A stretch of DNA of 64,000 nt from the human T2T-CHM13v2.0 reference genome, Homo sapiens: NCBI RefSeq assembly GCF_009914755.1, contig NC_060941.1; one strand, given 5' to 3'. A program made the position numbers and the translations under genes. The notes under the pieces were generated by a model. It saw only the letters and a program-made list of their open reading frames with translations, made no database searches and was not told the origin of the DNA. Positions 22,963 through 55,360 of this stretch are shown here, in pieces (position 1 is the stretch's first letter; every line of letters starts with the position of its first letter).

Positions 22963-24143
22963 GCTGGAGGCCGTACAACCGGGGTTTGAATTGAGATCTG
23001 CCAAGCTTCTGAGTTTATTCTGTTTCCCCCACACCAAGGATCCTCAATACTGCATTACTGACATCAGGGGCCAGACAATTCTTTGCGATGGGGGCTGTCC
23101 TGCACCTGGCAGGATGTTTAGCAGCTTCTCTGGCCTCCACCCACTGGAAGCCAGGGGAATGCAGAAGAGGCTTGCTTATTCTCCCATTTAATGCTCAGGA
23201 CAATATCTGACATCAATGTTACGTCTTTTATTTTATAAATGAAGACAATGAGACTCAGAAAGGTTTAAGTGAGTCACCTAAGAACACACAGACAGCAAGA
23301 GGTAGAACCCGAAACTGAACACAGGTGTCCACGAGACAACAAAAAAGTTCAGGTTCCAGCTTCCTTTGAGTCTCTCATTTCAACAATGGCCATCGTCTGC
23401 ATACGAGCTGAAGTACAGGAAAGCTGGGCTGAACTCTCTTCCCATCAGGCCTAGGAGCCCCAGACCAGAACCCCAGCCCAAGTTCTCCCAGTCAGGCCCG
23501 CTGGAGGGAGCTGGCATCTACACTAGCATGGTTTCTCAAAGCTACAGGGATGCCAGTCTCACTGCTGATGAAGAAAATGAAGGGCATTTGCTTCTCCTGC
23601 AGGCTGTCGGGATTTAACACAGATTCCTTTTCTTGCTCTCTTCTCCCATAGCACAAAACTGGGTGGTCCATCCCCCTCCCAGTGTCCCAAGGCTTTGTTG
23701 CGTGTTCTCTTTAATTTCTCCCACTCTCGCAGTGCACCCTACCCTCGTCTCCCTGGCAACCTTTCTGCTCTATCCTCTCGCCACCTGGATCACAAGAACA
23801 CTTGTGAGACCCCTTAACAAGCTACATCCCAAATTATCATTCCCCTTTGTCCTCAGCCAGTGCCTGGGTCCAACTCGCTCTCCTGGGGTGACTTTCTTTC
23901 CTGCCCAATATGGTTTCATCATCTGTAAATTGGGGATAATTGAAGTCTTGATCCTGATATTGGGCTCTGAAAGCAGAAGTAGCAAGCTCAGCCAAGTCAC
24001 TTAAACAAGAGGAGACGTTCCTTGTGAACCAAAAGGGCACTGGTCACAAGGGCCGCTCCTTCTCTCAGGCCTCTCCAGCACGCCCTTGGCTCAGCCAAAG
24101 AAGAGACTCAGGCTGTGCTTCTGTGCTGTGGGGATAACGTAGG
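22963..24143 (+). repeat. ~1.18 kb direct repeat, copy 1 (pairs with 57621-58807); contains MER20 and MIR fragments
   Basis: Colinear match, e.g. ORFs 22991/57571 and 23633/58294; many substitutions, roughly 90% identity by eye. Confidence 0.92.
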
Positions 24144-24863
24144 TACCTGGTCCTTGACCCTGGGACTTTAACAGTTCCCTCTTGTGGCTCAGTTCTACAG
24201 CTTCAATGACACAAAGTGGCTTTTGCTCAAAATAGCCTTTGATAGGTTAAGGTACTCCTCTGCCACTCTAAGTCTGTGTGGAACAGACAGGGTTTTGCTT
24301 CACAGAGAAGATGCATAAAATTTGGTCTTAAAAATGAGTTCACCATGCACACATACACACGAAAAAAGTAAATACTGCATTACTGTATATATGAGGTTCC
24401 AAAATAGGCAAAACTAATTTATGGTGACAGAATAGTGGTGACCTCTGAGGGTCAGTGTTGACTGGGAGAGAACAGAAGAGAGCCTACTGGGGTGCTGGAA
24501 ATGTTCTGTATCTTAATTTTGCAGGATAATTCCTTGGATGCATCCCTAAAAATTCAGTCAAGCTATATAGTAAGATTTGTGCAGTTTATGTAAGTAATAG
24601 GAGAGATAAGAGGGGGAACCTGTGGAGAAGCAGAACATTTCAAGATCTAGAAAGCAACAGTTGCAAGGGTACACAGTGTTCAGACAGGGACCAAATCATA
24701 GAAACTACTAGGGCTTGCCATGCTGAAATGACTGACTTCAAACCATAGGGCATACGTACCTTCCACTGAAGAAGAGCACCTGAGTAAAATGACTAGAGGT
24801 GCATTTCAAAGATTATTCTATGGGAAATATAAAGAACGAATTGGAGGAGTAGGAGGCAAATAG

Positions 24864-26083
<1,220 letters not shown>

Positions 26084-26096
26084 TAATTTGTTTTTA

Positions 26097-26145
26097 TTCT
26101 GAGATCAGATGAGATCGGCATGTTCAGGTTGGTATGGCCATAGAC
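26097..26145 (-). pseudogene. 5S rRNA pseudogene fragment (first ~50 nt of 5S)
   Basis: Reverse complement GTCTATGGCCATACCAACCTGAACATGCCGATCTCATCTGATCTCAGAA vs 5S GTCTACGGCCATACCACCCTGAACGCGCCCGATCTCGTCTGATCTCGGAA; A-rich tail follows. Confidence 0.85.
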
Positions 26146-27409
26146 TGCTTTTATCTATTCTAATAATTTTGTATTGTACAATGTGTTGGAAAGGCAAGAT
26201 GAAGTTAGATTATGAAGGGTTCATTTCCATTCAATTCTGTCTATCCTTCTGGACTTTGCCTAAATCTTACCTTCTTTGGAGCTTTCCTGAACTAACTTAT
26301 CTCCTTTGAATTCTTACATTTGGATCCTTTGTATTTGAGTATTTTTACATATATATGTACATAAATAACACGTTTTATGTGTAGTAATTTACTCTCCCAA
26401 CTAGATTGAAAGCTGCTTGAAGAGTAACCTTTTTTTAAAGTCACATTGGACCGTTTTAAGTACAAATTTAGCATATGCTTGATGATTGAGAGAACCATAT
26501 GGTTACAGTCATTGGTGTGTCTATGATTGTGATATGTTGCTATTTAAAAATCAATAGTTATTTCTTATTTAGTTTTCTGTTAAGCCATAACCTTTTGCTC
26601 TCATTTATACATCTTCTGAACGTTAAGTAACATGTGGCTCATATTTCAAACTCCCAATTTGGAAGTTTATAGCAATGTAACTGAAGTTTATAATTACAGG
26701 TCTCAGAAAACTGCACTACACAGAAGTTCTCTATGTGTTAGAAGAATTTATTAGAAGATAGACAATTGTAGGTTACACTGTAATTTAGAAGACTTTTGCG
26801 CATCTCATGTATTTGTGTCAGTTTGAGAATTTGAAAATGCCCCCAAAATGTCTGTTCTTCACTAGTGCCTCTTGTGATCCTGGCAGAGATAAGCTAAACT
26901 TTTGAAAGGGTAGACTTTTTCTGTTTATCTTAGTATCCTGAGTCCCTAAATCTGGAATGTAGTAGATGTTTGTGCATTTCCCTATGTCAGCGAAGTCAAA
27001 ATACTAGAGGTGGATTTTTCAGCTTTTCAAAGTTTTCACATTTACTAAGTCCTTCACAGTTATCGCCTACTAGTTAAAAAACTATTTGCCTCAATTTAGG
27101 CCAGTGCTACTTTGACATTTGCATTGCTGTAAAACCCTTACTAAAAGGTATATTTTTCTGGTATATAAATACATGTATGCAGCTTTTCTCATATCTTTGA
27201 GAAAGCAAAAAATTGTACTAAATTATGATTTCCACTGTAATAGGATTATGGCTTAGTCATGATCAGTATTATGTTTTCAGCTATGTCTTACTAGGATTAT
27301 TGTAAAAGACTTTCAAAATAGTTCATGTGAATCTTTGTCTGATCTTCACAAACTCGGGTATGTACATAGCTCTCCCCCACCTTCTCCTGGCTTTGGCAAT
27401 TTACTTTAT

Positions 27410-28445
27410 TTTTATGGTGGTTATATATATATATATATAAAACATACCATTTACCATTTGAACTATTTTAAAAAGTGTACAATTAGTGGCATGAAGTACA
27501 TTCACAATATTGTATAACCATCACCACTGTCCATTTCCAGAACTTGTTCATCATCCCAAACAGAAATTCTCTATCCCTTTTCTTCCCCAGCCCCTGGTAA
27601 CCTCTATTCTACTTTCTCTTTTTATGAATTTGCCTATTCTAGACACTTCATGGAAATAGAATCAAACAATATTTGACCTTTCTTATTTCACTTAGGATAA
27701 TGTTTTCAAGGTTTATCCATGTTGTAGTACATAGCAGAATTTAATTTCTTTTTTTGACTGAATAATTTGTATATACTACATCTTGTTTATACATCCATCT
27801 GTTGATGGGACATATTTGGGTTGTTTCCACCTTTTGGCTATTGTGAATAATGTTGCTGTGAACACTGGTGTGCAAATATCTATCTGAGTCCTGCTTTCAC
27901 TTCTTTTGGATATAAACCTAGGAATGGAATTGCTGGGTCATATGGTAATTCTATATTTAACCTTTTAAGGAACAGCTAACCTGGTTTCCACGGCTTCTGT
28001 ACCATTTTATATTTCTACCAGCAATGCACAAGTGCTCCTTCCATTTTCTCCATATCTACCCAATACTTGTTATTTTCTGTTTTCTTTCAATTAATAACCA
28101 TCCTAATGGGTGTGACATAGTATTGTCATTTTGATTTTTAGCTTCCTAATGGCTAGTGCTAATGAGCATTTTTTTATGTGCTATTGGTCATTTGTATGTC
28201 TTTTTTGGAGAAATGTCTGTTCAATCCTTTGCCCATTTTTGAATTGAGATGTGCGCTTTTTTGTTGTTGAGTTGTAGTTCTGTAGTTCTTTATACATTCT
28301 GGATATTATTCTCACATCAGATATATGATTTACAAATATTTTCTCCCAAATACTTCTGTGGGTTACAGATATATTAATATCTGTAGATTGTCTTTCATGG
28401 TCTTGATAGGATCTTTTAATGCCCAAAAGTTTTTAATTTTGATGA
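27410..28445 (-). mobile_element. L1M (L1MB-like) 3' fragment
   Basis: Reverse L1 3' region (ggaattgctgggtcatatggtaattctat; ttggagaaatgtctgttcaatcctttgccc). Confidence 0.8.
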
Positions 28446-29044
28446 AATAATGTATGTAGTTTTGAACTTAAACAATGTTACAGATTGCGCAAAGGATATA
28501 ACCATGAAATTCTGATGGAGTGACCCCACAGCTGCAGAAAACCAGAAAGAACCCTACTCTAAAACCCAAAAGACTTCCCTAGATAGAGTCCTTTGAAAAT
28601 AATTTTCTAAATTATTCACACAGCCTGTGGATAAATTAAGAGGAAATGATATCTGTAACAGTGCTGCTTGTGATGAAAACACAGAAGAGTCAATTATATT
28701 ATCAAATCTTAGCTGGAATGGAAAATCAGGAGGATATTTATTAGCAAACATTAATAAAAGGTTGGCCTTTATTATTGTAAGCATGTACACAGACGACAGC
28801 ATGTAGTCTCTACCATAAGAATGAGAAATGCCTCCTATCTTTATGCATTCTGAAATTTAACCTTTCTTAACCCAATTGCTGTAAGGGCCTAGGGTTTATT
28901 TGTTATGTGTGTTATTGGAGTAGAGACTGTTTGAAGGTTAAGGGGGTATTTAGTGATGCAAGTGACATTTATATGTTTTAAAATCTTCTGCTTTTCTAGG
29001 CACTTTTTAAAATGAAATGCTATATTTTTAAACTTTTAAAAATT

Positions 29045-33789
<4,745 letters not shown>

Positions 33790-33790
<1 letters not shown>

Positions 33791-33950
33791 TATATATATA
33801 TATATATGTATATATTTATCTATCTACCTATATATTCATATATAGATATAGATTAATATAGATATATAAACATATATTTATAGATATATAGATACATAAA
33901 TATATAGCTATATATAAATATATATTTATAAATATATAGATATATATGTA
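33790..33950. repeat. AT-rich low-complexity (TA-like) tract
   Basis: Degenerate tatatataga repeats following an Alu tail. Confidence 0.85.
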
Positions 33951-33959
33951 ACAAAATAT

Positions 33960-34543
<584 letters not shown>

Positions 34544-34544
34544 A

Positions 34545-40927
<6,383 letters not shown>

Positions 40928-41188
40928 TAATGCCCTCAAATATTCTCCTATCCAATCACTGTATTTTAAATGGCATTCCTCCAACAAATATTTGTTGAGC
41001 CCCCACTATGTGCCAGGATTGAAATGTCAAATTGAAGGAGGCAATAGCTACTGAAGTAAAGCAAAAAAAGTACTGGTTATTTTTCCTTCTATAAAATGAC
41101 CTAGTAATAACCGCTTTACCCAGGAGAGTTGCTGTAAAGATCTAATAACATGACACATATAACCACACCCCTAAAGAATGAGGTGTTA

Positions 41189-41489
41189 CCGCATGTTCTC
41201 ACTCATAGGTGGGAATTGAACAATGAGAACACATGGACACAGGAAGGGGAACATCACACTCTGGGGACTGTTGCGGGGTGTGGGGAGGGGGGAGGGATAG
41301 CATTAGGAGATATACCTAATGCTAAATGACGAGTTAATGGGTGCAGCACACCAGCATGGCACATGTATACATATGTAACTAACCTGCACATTGTGCACAT
41401 GTACCCTACAACTTAAAGTGTAATAATAATAAAATAATAAAATAAAAAAAAGAAATTTTGCTTAAATAAATATTATAATAAAAAAAACA
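41189..41489 (+). mobile_element. Young L1PA (L1PA2/3-like) 3' end, 5'-truncated
   Basis: Near-consensus L1 3'UTR (ctaatgctaaatgacgagttaatgggtgcagcacaccagcatgg); TSD AATGAGGTGTTA at 41177-41188 and 41490-41501. Confidence 0.92.
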
Positions 41490-41632
41490 AATGAGGTGTT
41501 ATTAAAATGTTTGCAAGAGAAACCCTAGTAATTCCAAGCACATATTTTAGGAATGGTTTCTTGTGTAGAAAATCCTGGAATGTGAGGCTCTGCTGATTTT
41601 TTTAATGCATATTCTCTTCTTATGTATGCGGA

Positions 41633-43906
<2,274 letters not shown>

Positions 43907-44260
43907 GGTACCAAAAATCTATAGCTGTTTCAGAAATAAAATACATGTAGTTAGTGAGGTTTTTCTCTCCCACTGCTATGACTTAATTTTTGGTTGAGAT
44001 GCTAAGCCAAACATCATTTTAAGTCTGTGGCCCAACCAAAAAAGGGAATCATACTCTCCAAAGAATTGTACATTCCCACTCTAATTGCTAAAATAAAATG
44101 TTGGATTATGAAAATCAATTTTGTAGGTATCAATAAGTTATAAGAGCATGGCTTATTTAAAAAAAAAAGTGGGCCAGGTTACCTACATGAGCTGCAAAGC
44201 AAGCAAACTGAATTTTCTTATCGAAGAGCCCATCCTCATACTTAAAATTTCCCATGACTA

Positions 44261-44482
<222 letters not shown>

Positions 44483-44661
44483 TTAACTATAATAAAGTAT
44501 TAGAATAGTCTTAGCAGGCACTATTCTAATAGTGGAGAAATGCAAGTGGAAGAAAAAAATGCAAGTGGAAAGTACTGAGTCAAATTACATCTTCAAATCT
44601 TAAACATGCACTAAAAAAGATTTTAGTATACTGTTATTCCTATTAAAAATGTGAATATATT

Positions 44662-47045
44662 GGCTGGGCATGGTGGCTCAGGCCTGTAATCCCAGCACTT
44701 TGGGAGGCTGAGGCAGGCAGATCATGAGGTCAGGAGTTCAAGACCAGCCTGGCCAATAAAGCGAAACCCCGTCTCTACTAAAAATACAAAACATCAGCCG
44801 GGCGTGGTGGCGGGCGCCTGTAATCCTAGCTACTCGGGAGGCTGAGGCAGGAGAATTGCTTGAACCTGGGAGGCAGAGGTTGCCGCAAGCAGAGATCGTG
44901 CCACTGCACACCAGCCCAGGTGACGGTGCGAGAGTCTGTCTCAATGAAAAAAAAAAAAAAAAAAGAATATATCGAGCTCAAAACAAGCTGGAAAAAATGT
45001 GAATATCAATTTCCCCTCTCACAAAGCTTCAGTGTGCCTAGTCCACTGGCTAAATCCCTGTTTAGAGATAATTAATTCAGTTGGCTACTGCAGGTTTGTA
45101 ATAAACCTGAAAAACTACTGAAGCAGAGTTAAAACATGAATAATACTGGTAAGATGCTCCAGTTAAAGTTTCTTCCCACAGCTCATTTCATTCCTTCAGA
45201 AATCTAAAGGAGCAAAAATAATTTTCTATTCCGCATGGGTTATAAGTTATATTTCCTTGTGAAAGTATAGTTATCACTTCAGTTCTAACCATGAGATTTA
45301 TTTATTTAATTCCTTCTCTCTTTCCCAAAATATCTGGTTAAACTCTTGGGCCAAATGTAAGAAGTAAATAATAATTTAGAATATCTGACTTAATACTAAA
45401 AGATGATGACCACATTGACCTTATAATTCTCTTAGAGCCCAGACTGTGAACCTGCACTCCCTGGAGGAATGGCTGATTCCAAGTGTGGGGAAAATGTACA
45501 AGATAAGCATAGAACACCAGTTTCCTTATTTTGCTCTCTCGTACAACACCAGACAATGTGCTCATGTCAAAAGGACTCAGAACCCAACATGAAGATGCAC
45601 CCAGCATTCACTGCACCCAGCATTCAACGAAGGGAAAAAACGAGCACCAATAAAAATAACTGCTAGGTGCGGTGGCTCACGCCTATCATCCCAACACTTT
45701 GGGAGGCAGAGGCAGGTGGATTACTTTTGAGCTCAGGATTTGAAGACCAGCCTGGTGAACACGGCAAAACCCCGTCTCTACCAGAAACACAAAAATTAGC
45801 TGGGCATGATGGTGTACCTGTGGTCCCAGCTACTCAAGAGGGTGAGGTGGGAGGATTGCTGGAGGTCGGGACGTCAAGCCTGCAGTGGGCAGCGATTATA
45901 CCACTTCACTACAGCTTGGGTGACAGAGTTAAGACCCTGCCTGAAAACAATAAATGAATAAATAAAAATAAAATAAAAATAACTGCGATGAAAGGAAACA
46001 CAAATATGTTAAAACGTGTAAGTTCATAATATACTAAAAAAGAAAAAAACACACACAAAGTTCATTGGTCAATTTTGGAAGATGCTAGGGAACTAATTCA
46101 TTATTTTGAAAACTAGGAAAGAATCAAACATACATCCTGCCTTTTCTGTATGAACTGTACCTTGGGTAACTAACTGATCAAAGAGTTTCTCTTTATGAAA
46201 GAATTCCAGCTAACAAAGAAAGAAGAAATAACAGTTAGAATAAAACCATTTCACAAACACCTGATGAAACTACAAAAGTAGGCCAGAGTTTCTCAACCTC
46301 AGGGCTACTGACATTTTAGGCCTATTAATACTTTGCGTTAGGGGGCTGTGCTGTGCTGTGCTGACTCTTACCCCTGAAGGTACCTATAGCATTCCCTCTC
46401 CCAAGCTGTGACAATCAGTGTGTCTCCAGACATTGCCAAATTACCCTGGTAGTGAAATGCTGACACAGGCAGTGACCACTAACATCACTAAAAAAACACA
46501 CATACGCACACACAAGTACACATTATGCCTCCTGATCAAAGCATATGCGATACTGAGAGTGTAATCTGAATCAGATCAACCACCTAAATTTAACTACCAG
46601 TTTTTGGAAATTTGGGGAACAGATGAACATGGTCAATGACACTCTGGGGATAATATCAGCAAAATCAAAATTTGAGAATTCTACAGGACAAATGACCCCG
46701 TTTCTTCAGTAAATCACGAGGGGAATCTATAAACGAAAAGAGACCTAAGAGACATAGTAACCAAACTACATACAGACCTTGATTAAATCCTTACAAACAG
46801 GAGAAAAAAAAAAAAAGAATGGAACAACAACAAAAAAAAAATTAGGTGGGGCAACACAGGGAGACCTCATCTCTAGAAAAATTCAAAAAATTGGATGTGG
46901 TGATGCACCCCTGTGGTCCCAGCTATATGGGAGGATCCCTTGAGCCTGGGAAGATGAGGCTGCCATGAGCCACTATCATGCCACTGCACTCCAGCCTGGG
47001 CAACAGAGAAAGACCCTATCTCAGAAAAAAAAGAGAAAAAAAAAA
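44662..47045 (+). mobile_element. Alus at about 44662-44965, 45662-45980, 46845-47045; MER20-like element near 46283-46450
   Basis: Alu consensus; MER20 motifs tttctcaacctc..actgacatttt...tgtctccagacattgccaaat. Confidence 0.75.
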
Positions 47046-47337
47046 CTGGGGAAACTGTCAACTTCTTAGGTGTGACGATGGGATGACAGTTATGTTTAAA
47101 GAAGATGATCTAATTATTTTTAAGCTGGGCAGTAGGTGTATGACAGTTCTCCTCCTTACAATTGTTTGTTGTTTTTTAAAGTGGGTCACATTATGGGGCA
47201 TGACCAAAAAATAATCACCATCATCATCCTCCTCCTTCTCCACCTACAGCCCAAGGAATGGAAAAAGAAACTGTTTTCTCAGATTCTGAGGTGGCAGAAA
47301 GACAATAACACACTAACTCATTTACTCATAAACATAT

Positions 47338-47812
47338 TGTTATGGATTGAATCGTGTCCCTTACCCACCCCCCAGAAAATTTCGTATGTTGAAACTCTAA
47401 CCTCTAGTTCCTCAGAATGTGACCTTATTTGGAAAGGGTTATTGCAGATGTAATTAGTGAAGATGAGGTCCTACTGGAGTAGAGAGGAACCCTAATCCAA
47501 TATGCCTGGTATCCTTATAAAAAGGGGAAATTTGGCCACAGATACGCACACAGGTAGAACACCATGTGAACATGAAGGCAGAGATCCAGGTGATGCACCT
47601 ACAAGCCAAAGTATGCCAAAGATGACCAGCAAACCACCAGAAGCCAGGGGAGAGGCATGGAACATAAGGTTTCTCACAGTTGTCGAAGAAACCAACTCTA
47701 ACAACGTGATCTAGAACTTCTAGTCTCCAGATCTATGAGATAATAAATTTCTGTTGTCTAAGCCACCCAGTTTGTGGTACTTTGTTGCAGCAAGCCTAGC
47801 AAACTAATGCAC
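47338..47812 (+). mobile_element. MaLR solo LTR (MLT1B/C-like)
   Basis: tgttatggattgaatcgtgtccc...cctcagaatgtgaccttatttgg...aataaatttctgttg..taagccacccagtttgtggtactttgtt. Confidence 0.8.
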
Positions 47813-47962
47813 ACATATTCTATATTTTGAAGAAAAAATTCCCAGAGAATCATATTTAAAATGGTTAAATTAAGCAAAATAAAACAAACCAAAAAAAGAA
47901 AAGTCCCAACTACCTGAAATATTTAATTGTCTTAGGAAACTGACTTAAAAATATCTAATACA

Positions 47963-50916
<2,954 letters not shown>

Positions 50917-51550
50917 TTAGCATTATAAATGAATATAAATGAGTGGCAATTGTTACTTTGGTCCACAGATTTTTGGTATCTTAACTAGTTTTTGGTCTCT
51001 TCCACTAAAGGCATTGCCTGTTGAACCTTGTTAGGAATGTAAGTACTGAAGGCAAACTGCCTGGGTTTGAATTTTGTTCTGTCCCTTGCACCCTGCCTCG
51101 TTTCAAATCCTAGCTCTGCTTATTACGTTCTTTTAAGGGGATGACCTTTGAGCAAATGTCTTAGCTTCTGTTTTCCCCAGTAAATGGACACAATAGTTGC
51201 TACTTTGTGAAAGATTCATGTAATTGACCAGCATTTACCAAGTAGCATCAGTGTTTAGTTTCAGTCATTGGTGATTCTGCAGTTGGACTGTGAGGGGGTA
51301 TTGGGGTGGGGGGTGGTGTGTGTGTAGCACTTAATTGCAGGCAGGAAGGAAAAGATACTTTTGATAACCGACAGGCAGCTTTTCTCTGCTTTTGTGTCAA
51401 AAGGGAGGAAGGGAGTTTGGAGAGGGAAATGAATTCTCTGTAACACTAAGCTCTCTTCCTCAAAACCAGAGGTAGATAGAATGTGTAATAATTTACAGAA
51501 TTTCTAGACTTCAACGATCTGATTTTTTAAATTTATTTTTATTTTTTCAG

Positions 51551-51657
51551 GTTGAGACTGAGCTAAAGTTAATCTGTGGCGACGTTCTGGATGTACTGGA
51601 CAAACACCTCATTCCAGCAGCTACAACTGGCAAGTCCAAGGTTTTCTATCATGAAAT
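51551..51657 (+). pseudogene. YWHAE: Orphan YWHAE (14-3-3 epsilon) exon 3 copy: [36 protein letters not shown]
   Basis: 107 nt, ttttttcAG acceptor, GTAGGT donor; parent peptide [36 protein letters not shown]; intron-flanked, so duplicated rather than processed; the symbol names the parent gene. Confidence 0.92.
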
Positions 51658-52589
51658 GTAGGTTCTATACTAACAATTAACAAGTGTACTTCAATAAATT
51701 TAAACATTCTCAGGAATAATTGACTTTGTTTCTTTTTTTCTTAGACATTTCATATTATTTTCCTTATTAAATATAACCAAAAATCCCACAGAAATTAACT
51801 GAGGAGCCTCTAAATATCAACAAAGTTATCACTTGATAGACTAGAATTAAACAAGCAAGTGGTTCCAAGAAATGGCACGAGTGTATTAATCATAAAATAA
51901 AATTTCTACATGAAACATTCAGCCATTCTAGACCATTTCTGTCTGTGCAGACTCATCTTTTCCTGTTCTTTGCAAAGCCCAGCTAGAGCAAGCAAGTTCT
52001 TCCCAATAGGTTTTTCCCATCTCTGGTTGCTTGGCTGGCTGGGCTTCCTCTACAAACCCCCTTCCTTTCCCCTAAGCAGGGCCCGGTGTCCCCATCCCGC
52101 GGAGTTGAGCTCATGAGGGCATCTGACCAGGAGTAGCTATTCCTGGTGCTATTGTCATTGTCCTGTTTCATGTGTGAACATGGCTGGCTCTACAGAGATT
52201 TGGCGGGTAGCAAGGAGGTTTCTTTTTGAATCTTCTTTTGGAAGTCAGACTTGATGAGGATCTTATGCCCACTTTTTCCTAGCTCTGTGGTGTCAGGCAA
52301 AGTCTGTTTCTGCAAATGGGGGTTAAGAATTCCTACCTCACAGCAGTCTTTTGATAAATAAATAAGATCTTAAGTGTAAATTATTCCACTAGAAATTGCA
52401 CAGTCACTTTGGTCTTCATCCTGGAGGTCCACTGACAAGCCTCATGCAAACCTGTGGCCCTGTTCATAAAGTGTTTTGATCCATACTTTCAAATGGCCTC
52501 AGGAAGACCTTTTATAAAGTAAAAATGTTAGGCAGCCACATGATATCCATTGACCCAGTGAGGCTGTTTTACTGGATATAAGAGGTTTG

Positions 52590-52864
52590 ACCCGGCATTT
52601 TGGGGGGCCGAGACAGGCAGATCACTTGAGGCCAGGAGCTGGAGACCTGCCTGGCCAACATGGAGAAACCCCATCTCTATTAAAAATACCAAAAAAATTA
52701 GCTGGGCATGGTGGCACATGCCTGTAATCCCAGCTACTTGGGAGACTGAGGCACAAGAATCGCTTGAACCCGGGAGTCAGAGGTTGCAGTGAGCCAAGCC
52801 GAGATGGCGCCACTGCACTCCAGCCTGGGCAGCAGAGTGAGACTCTGTCTCAGGGGAAAAAAAA
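52590..52864 (+). mobile_element. 5'-truncated AluS
   Basis: Alu consensus from about 52590. Confidence 0.8.
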
Positions 52865-55140
52865 GGGTGAGGGGAGGGTTTGAAAAAATAGTAGCATGTA
52901 GTTATGTTTCTACAATATTTGATATATATAAGGATTTACCAACCTCTTGCATTAGCTGCTATCCCCTACAGCAGTTGCTGTAGGAAAAAAACATCAAGTT
53001 CTGAGCTCCTACTGTTTGCCAGGCATATTCTGAGATGATCACGTTGAAATCTCAGAGTTACCCTGCAGAGTAGTCAGGGTATCACTGCCTGACAGATGAA
53101 GAAGCTGAGGCTTCCAGCAGATAAATGACTTACCCCAGGCCACATAGAAAATGAGTGGGAGAGCCCAGGTCTGTCTGTGAGGTATAATGAAATTAGCATA
53201 AACCCTCCACATTGGCGCCACTCGCATAAATTAACATATATTCTCTCACAGAAAGTATTTTATTGGGCATAACAGTTTGTATCATTTACCGTTTAACATT
53301 AGCCGTGGATCTTCCCACATCACATGACTATGCCTCATTCTTTTTGGATAATATGATTACTATTGAATGGATTTACTATCATTCACTTAATCAATACTCC
53401 TTTTGATGGCCATTTTAATTGTCTATTTTTTCCTTTTGCACAGATTGGTGTAATAAACGTGATTTTATAGTAATATTTTTGTCTGCCTGTGAAAATGTTT
53501 GCTGGACAATAAATTCCTAGGAGTCAAATAAGGTCAAAGATTATAAATACAGTATTTATTTTCATAAATATTACCAAGTCAGCCACAAATGTTTAAATTA
53601 CTAATGGTTTCAGATTATTGTATTTAATGAGTAAACACTTTTATAGGGTTTACTTTTATGAACACTTTTATTTGCCAGATATCATTCTAAGTCCTTTACA
53701 AAATTAACTTTTTTAATTTGTAATATAACCCTGAGATGTATATTAGGATTATCCCCATTCTACAGATAAGAACACTGAGAAGTTAATTAACTTGCCACAT
53801 ATCTAGGAAGTGACAAGGCTAGTTGCACAGCCAGGCAGTCTGGCTCCTGAGTCCACATTTTAGACAACACTATACCTCCTGGTTCTTTTGAGGCATTACT
53901 GCTGGAACTATCCTAATACTCATAAATAAACATTTCTTTTGGGGAGGGCCAAATAAAATTTTAAACAGAAAAGTTTTCACCAACTGTCAAGCTCATAAAG
54001 TTGTACGTTATACACTTTTTTCATGATGCCCACAGATAATTTATTAATGATATCATCTATTTTAAAAGACGTATGTAAAACCCAACCCTTAAGAAAGGAT
54101 TCCTATCACTGTTCCCACAGGCACCCTCCTCAGTCTTATACCTTTCCATTCCACCCCCCAAAACAAATCATTCAGCATATTTATTTCATACTGTAATATA
54201 GGAAGTAGCTTCTTTTTAGATTTTCTTAGATTATTAACATTGATCATACAAACATGGAATAGAAATTCCTTATGTTTTATCTGGATTTAAGGTGCTACAT
54301 AATGGAATCTATTTCTATCAAGCCATACACATTGGAGATAATGAAATCACTTGTGTTCTAGCCTAAACGTTATGGGAATTTCAGAACTGCAACATAACAG
54401 ATAATCCTTGGACGAAAACTAAATCTCTCCTCTGGTCAGGCATCTATGTGCATCAGTGAAGAGAAGACGGGGACTGTGGAAGGGAAAACAGTGAGTCAGG
54501 AAGGACTGTGGCCACATCTGTTCCCCGGACCCTCAAGTAGTTAAATCCTGACCTCCTCTACCCCAGACTGTCCTGGGGAACGGCCAACACTGGCTTTTCA
54601 CAACTGTGTGTTACCAGAAATGCAACAGAAACCCAGCTGAATCCCCAGGGTTTCCCTTCTGCCCTTCTCAATGGAAAGATCTGTCCCAGGACCATTTATT
54701 CCAACATTTTCAATTATGAGAAATCTGGGAAGATAAAGTTATTTTCACATTTCTCAAGAAATACATACTTATTCATACTCATGACAGGAAAGTCAGAATC
54801 TACAGAAAACCAAGAAGATTTTTAAAAATCCATGATACCACCATCAAAAGAGCCACACTTAGTATGTTGGTCCACAGGTTTCCTAGCACCCTTTTCTGTT
54901 GGTGTATGCACAAAATACACAATCACATTCTGTCTACATTTAACAATTTGCCATTTTTTGATTAACACTATATATTGACCAATTTTTAAGACCTGCAACA
55001 TATGTCGACAACATTATTTCAGAATAATATATTTATAAATAAACGCACACACAAACTGTCTGTCTTATATACAACACGTCTTACTTTCTAATTCTCCACT
55101 CTGGAAGATTTAGGTTTTCCTAACTTTTTAATATACTCAC

Positions 55141-55360
55141 CAGGAATCAGTAAACTTTTTTTATAAAAGGCCAAAGGGTAGATATTTTAAACTCTGCAGG
55201 TCATAGGTTTCTGTTGCAACACTCAACTCTGCTGTTGCAGGGAAAGAAGCCATACACAATTTGTAAATGAATGGGCATGACTGTGTTCTGATAAACTTTA
55301 CAAAAACAGGTGGTGGACTAGATGCAGCCTGCTCCTCTGGACATGGCTTACCAGCCCCTG
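55141..55360. mobile_element. MER58A-like hAT element
   Basis: cagg.atcagtaaactttt...actcaactctgctgttg...gtaaatgaatgggcatgactgtgttc...cccctg. Confidence 0.65.

Noticed and set aside
23633-24004. 123-aa hydrophobic ORF and its 170-aa counterpart at 58294-58806
   Set aside because: Products of the direct repeat; include MIR-derived sequence and differ by a stop codon.
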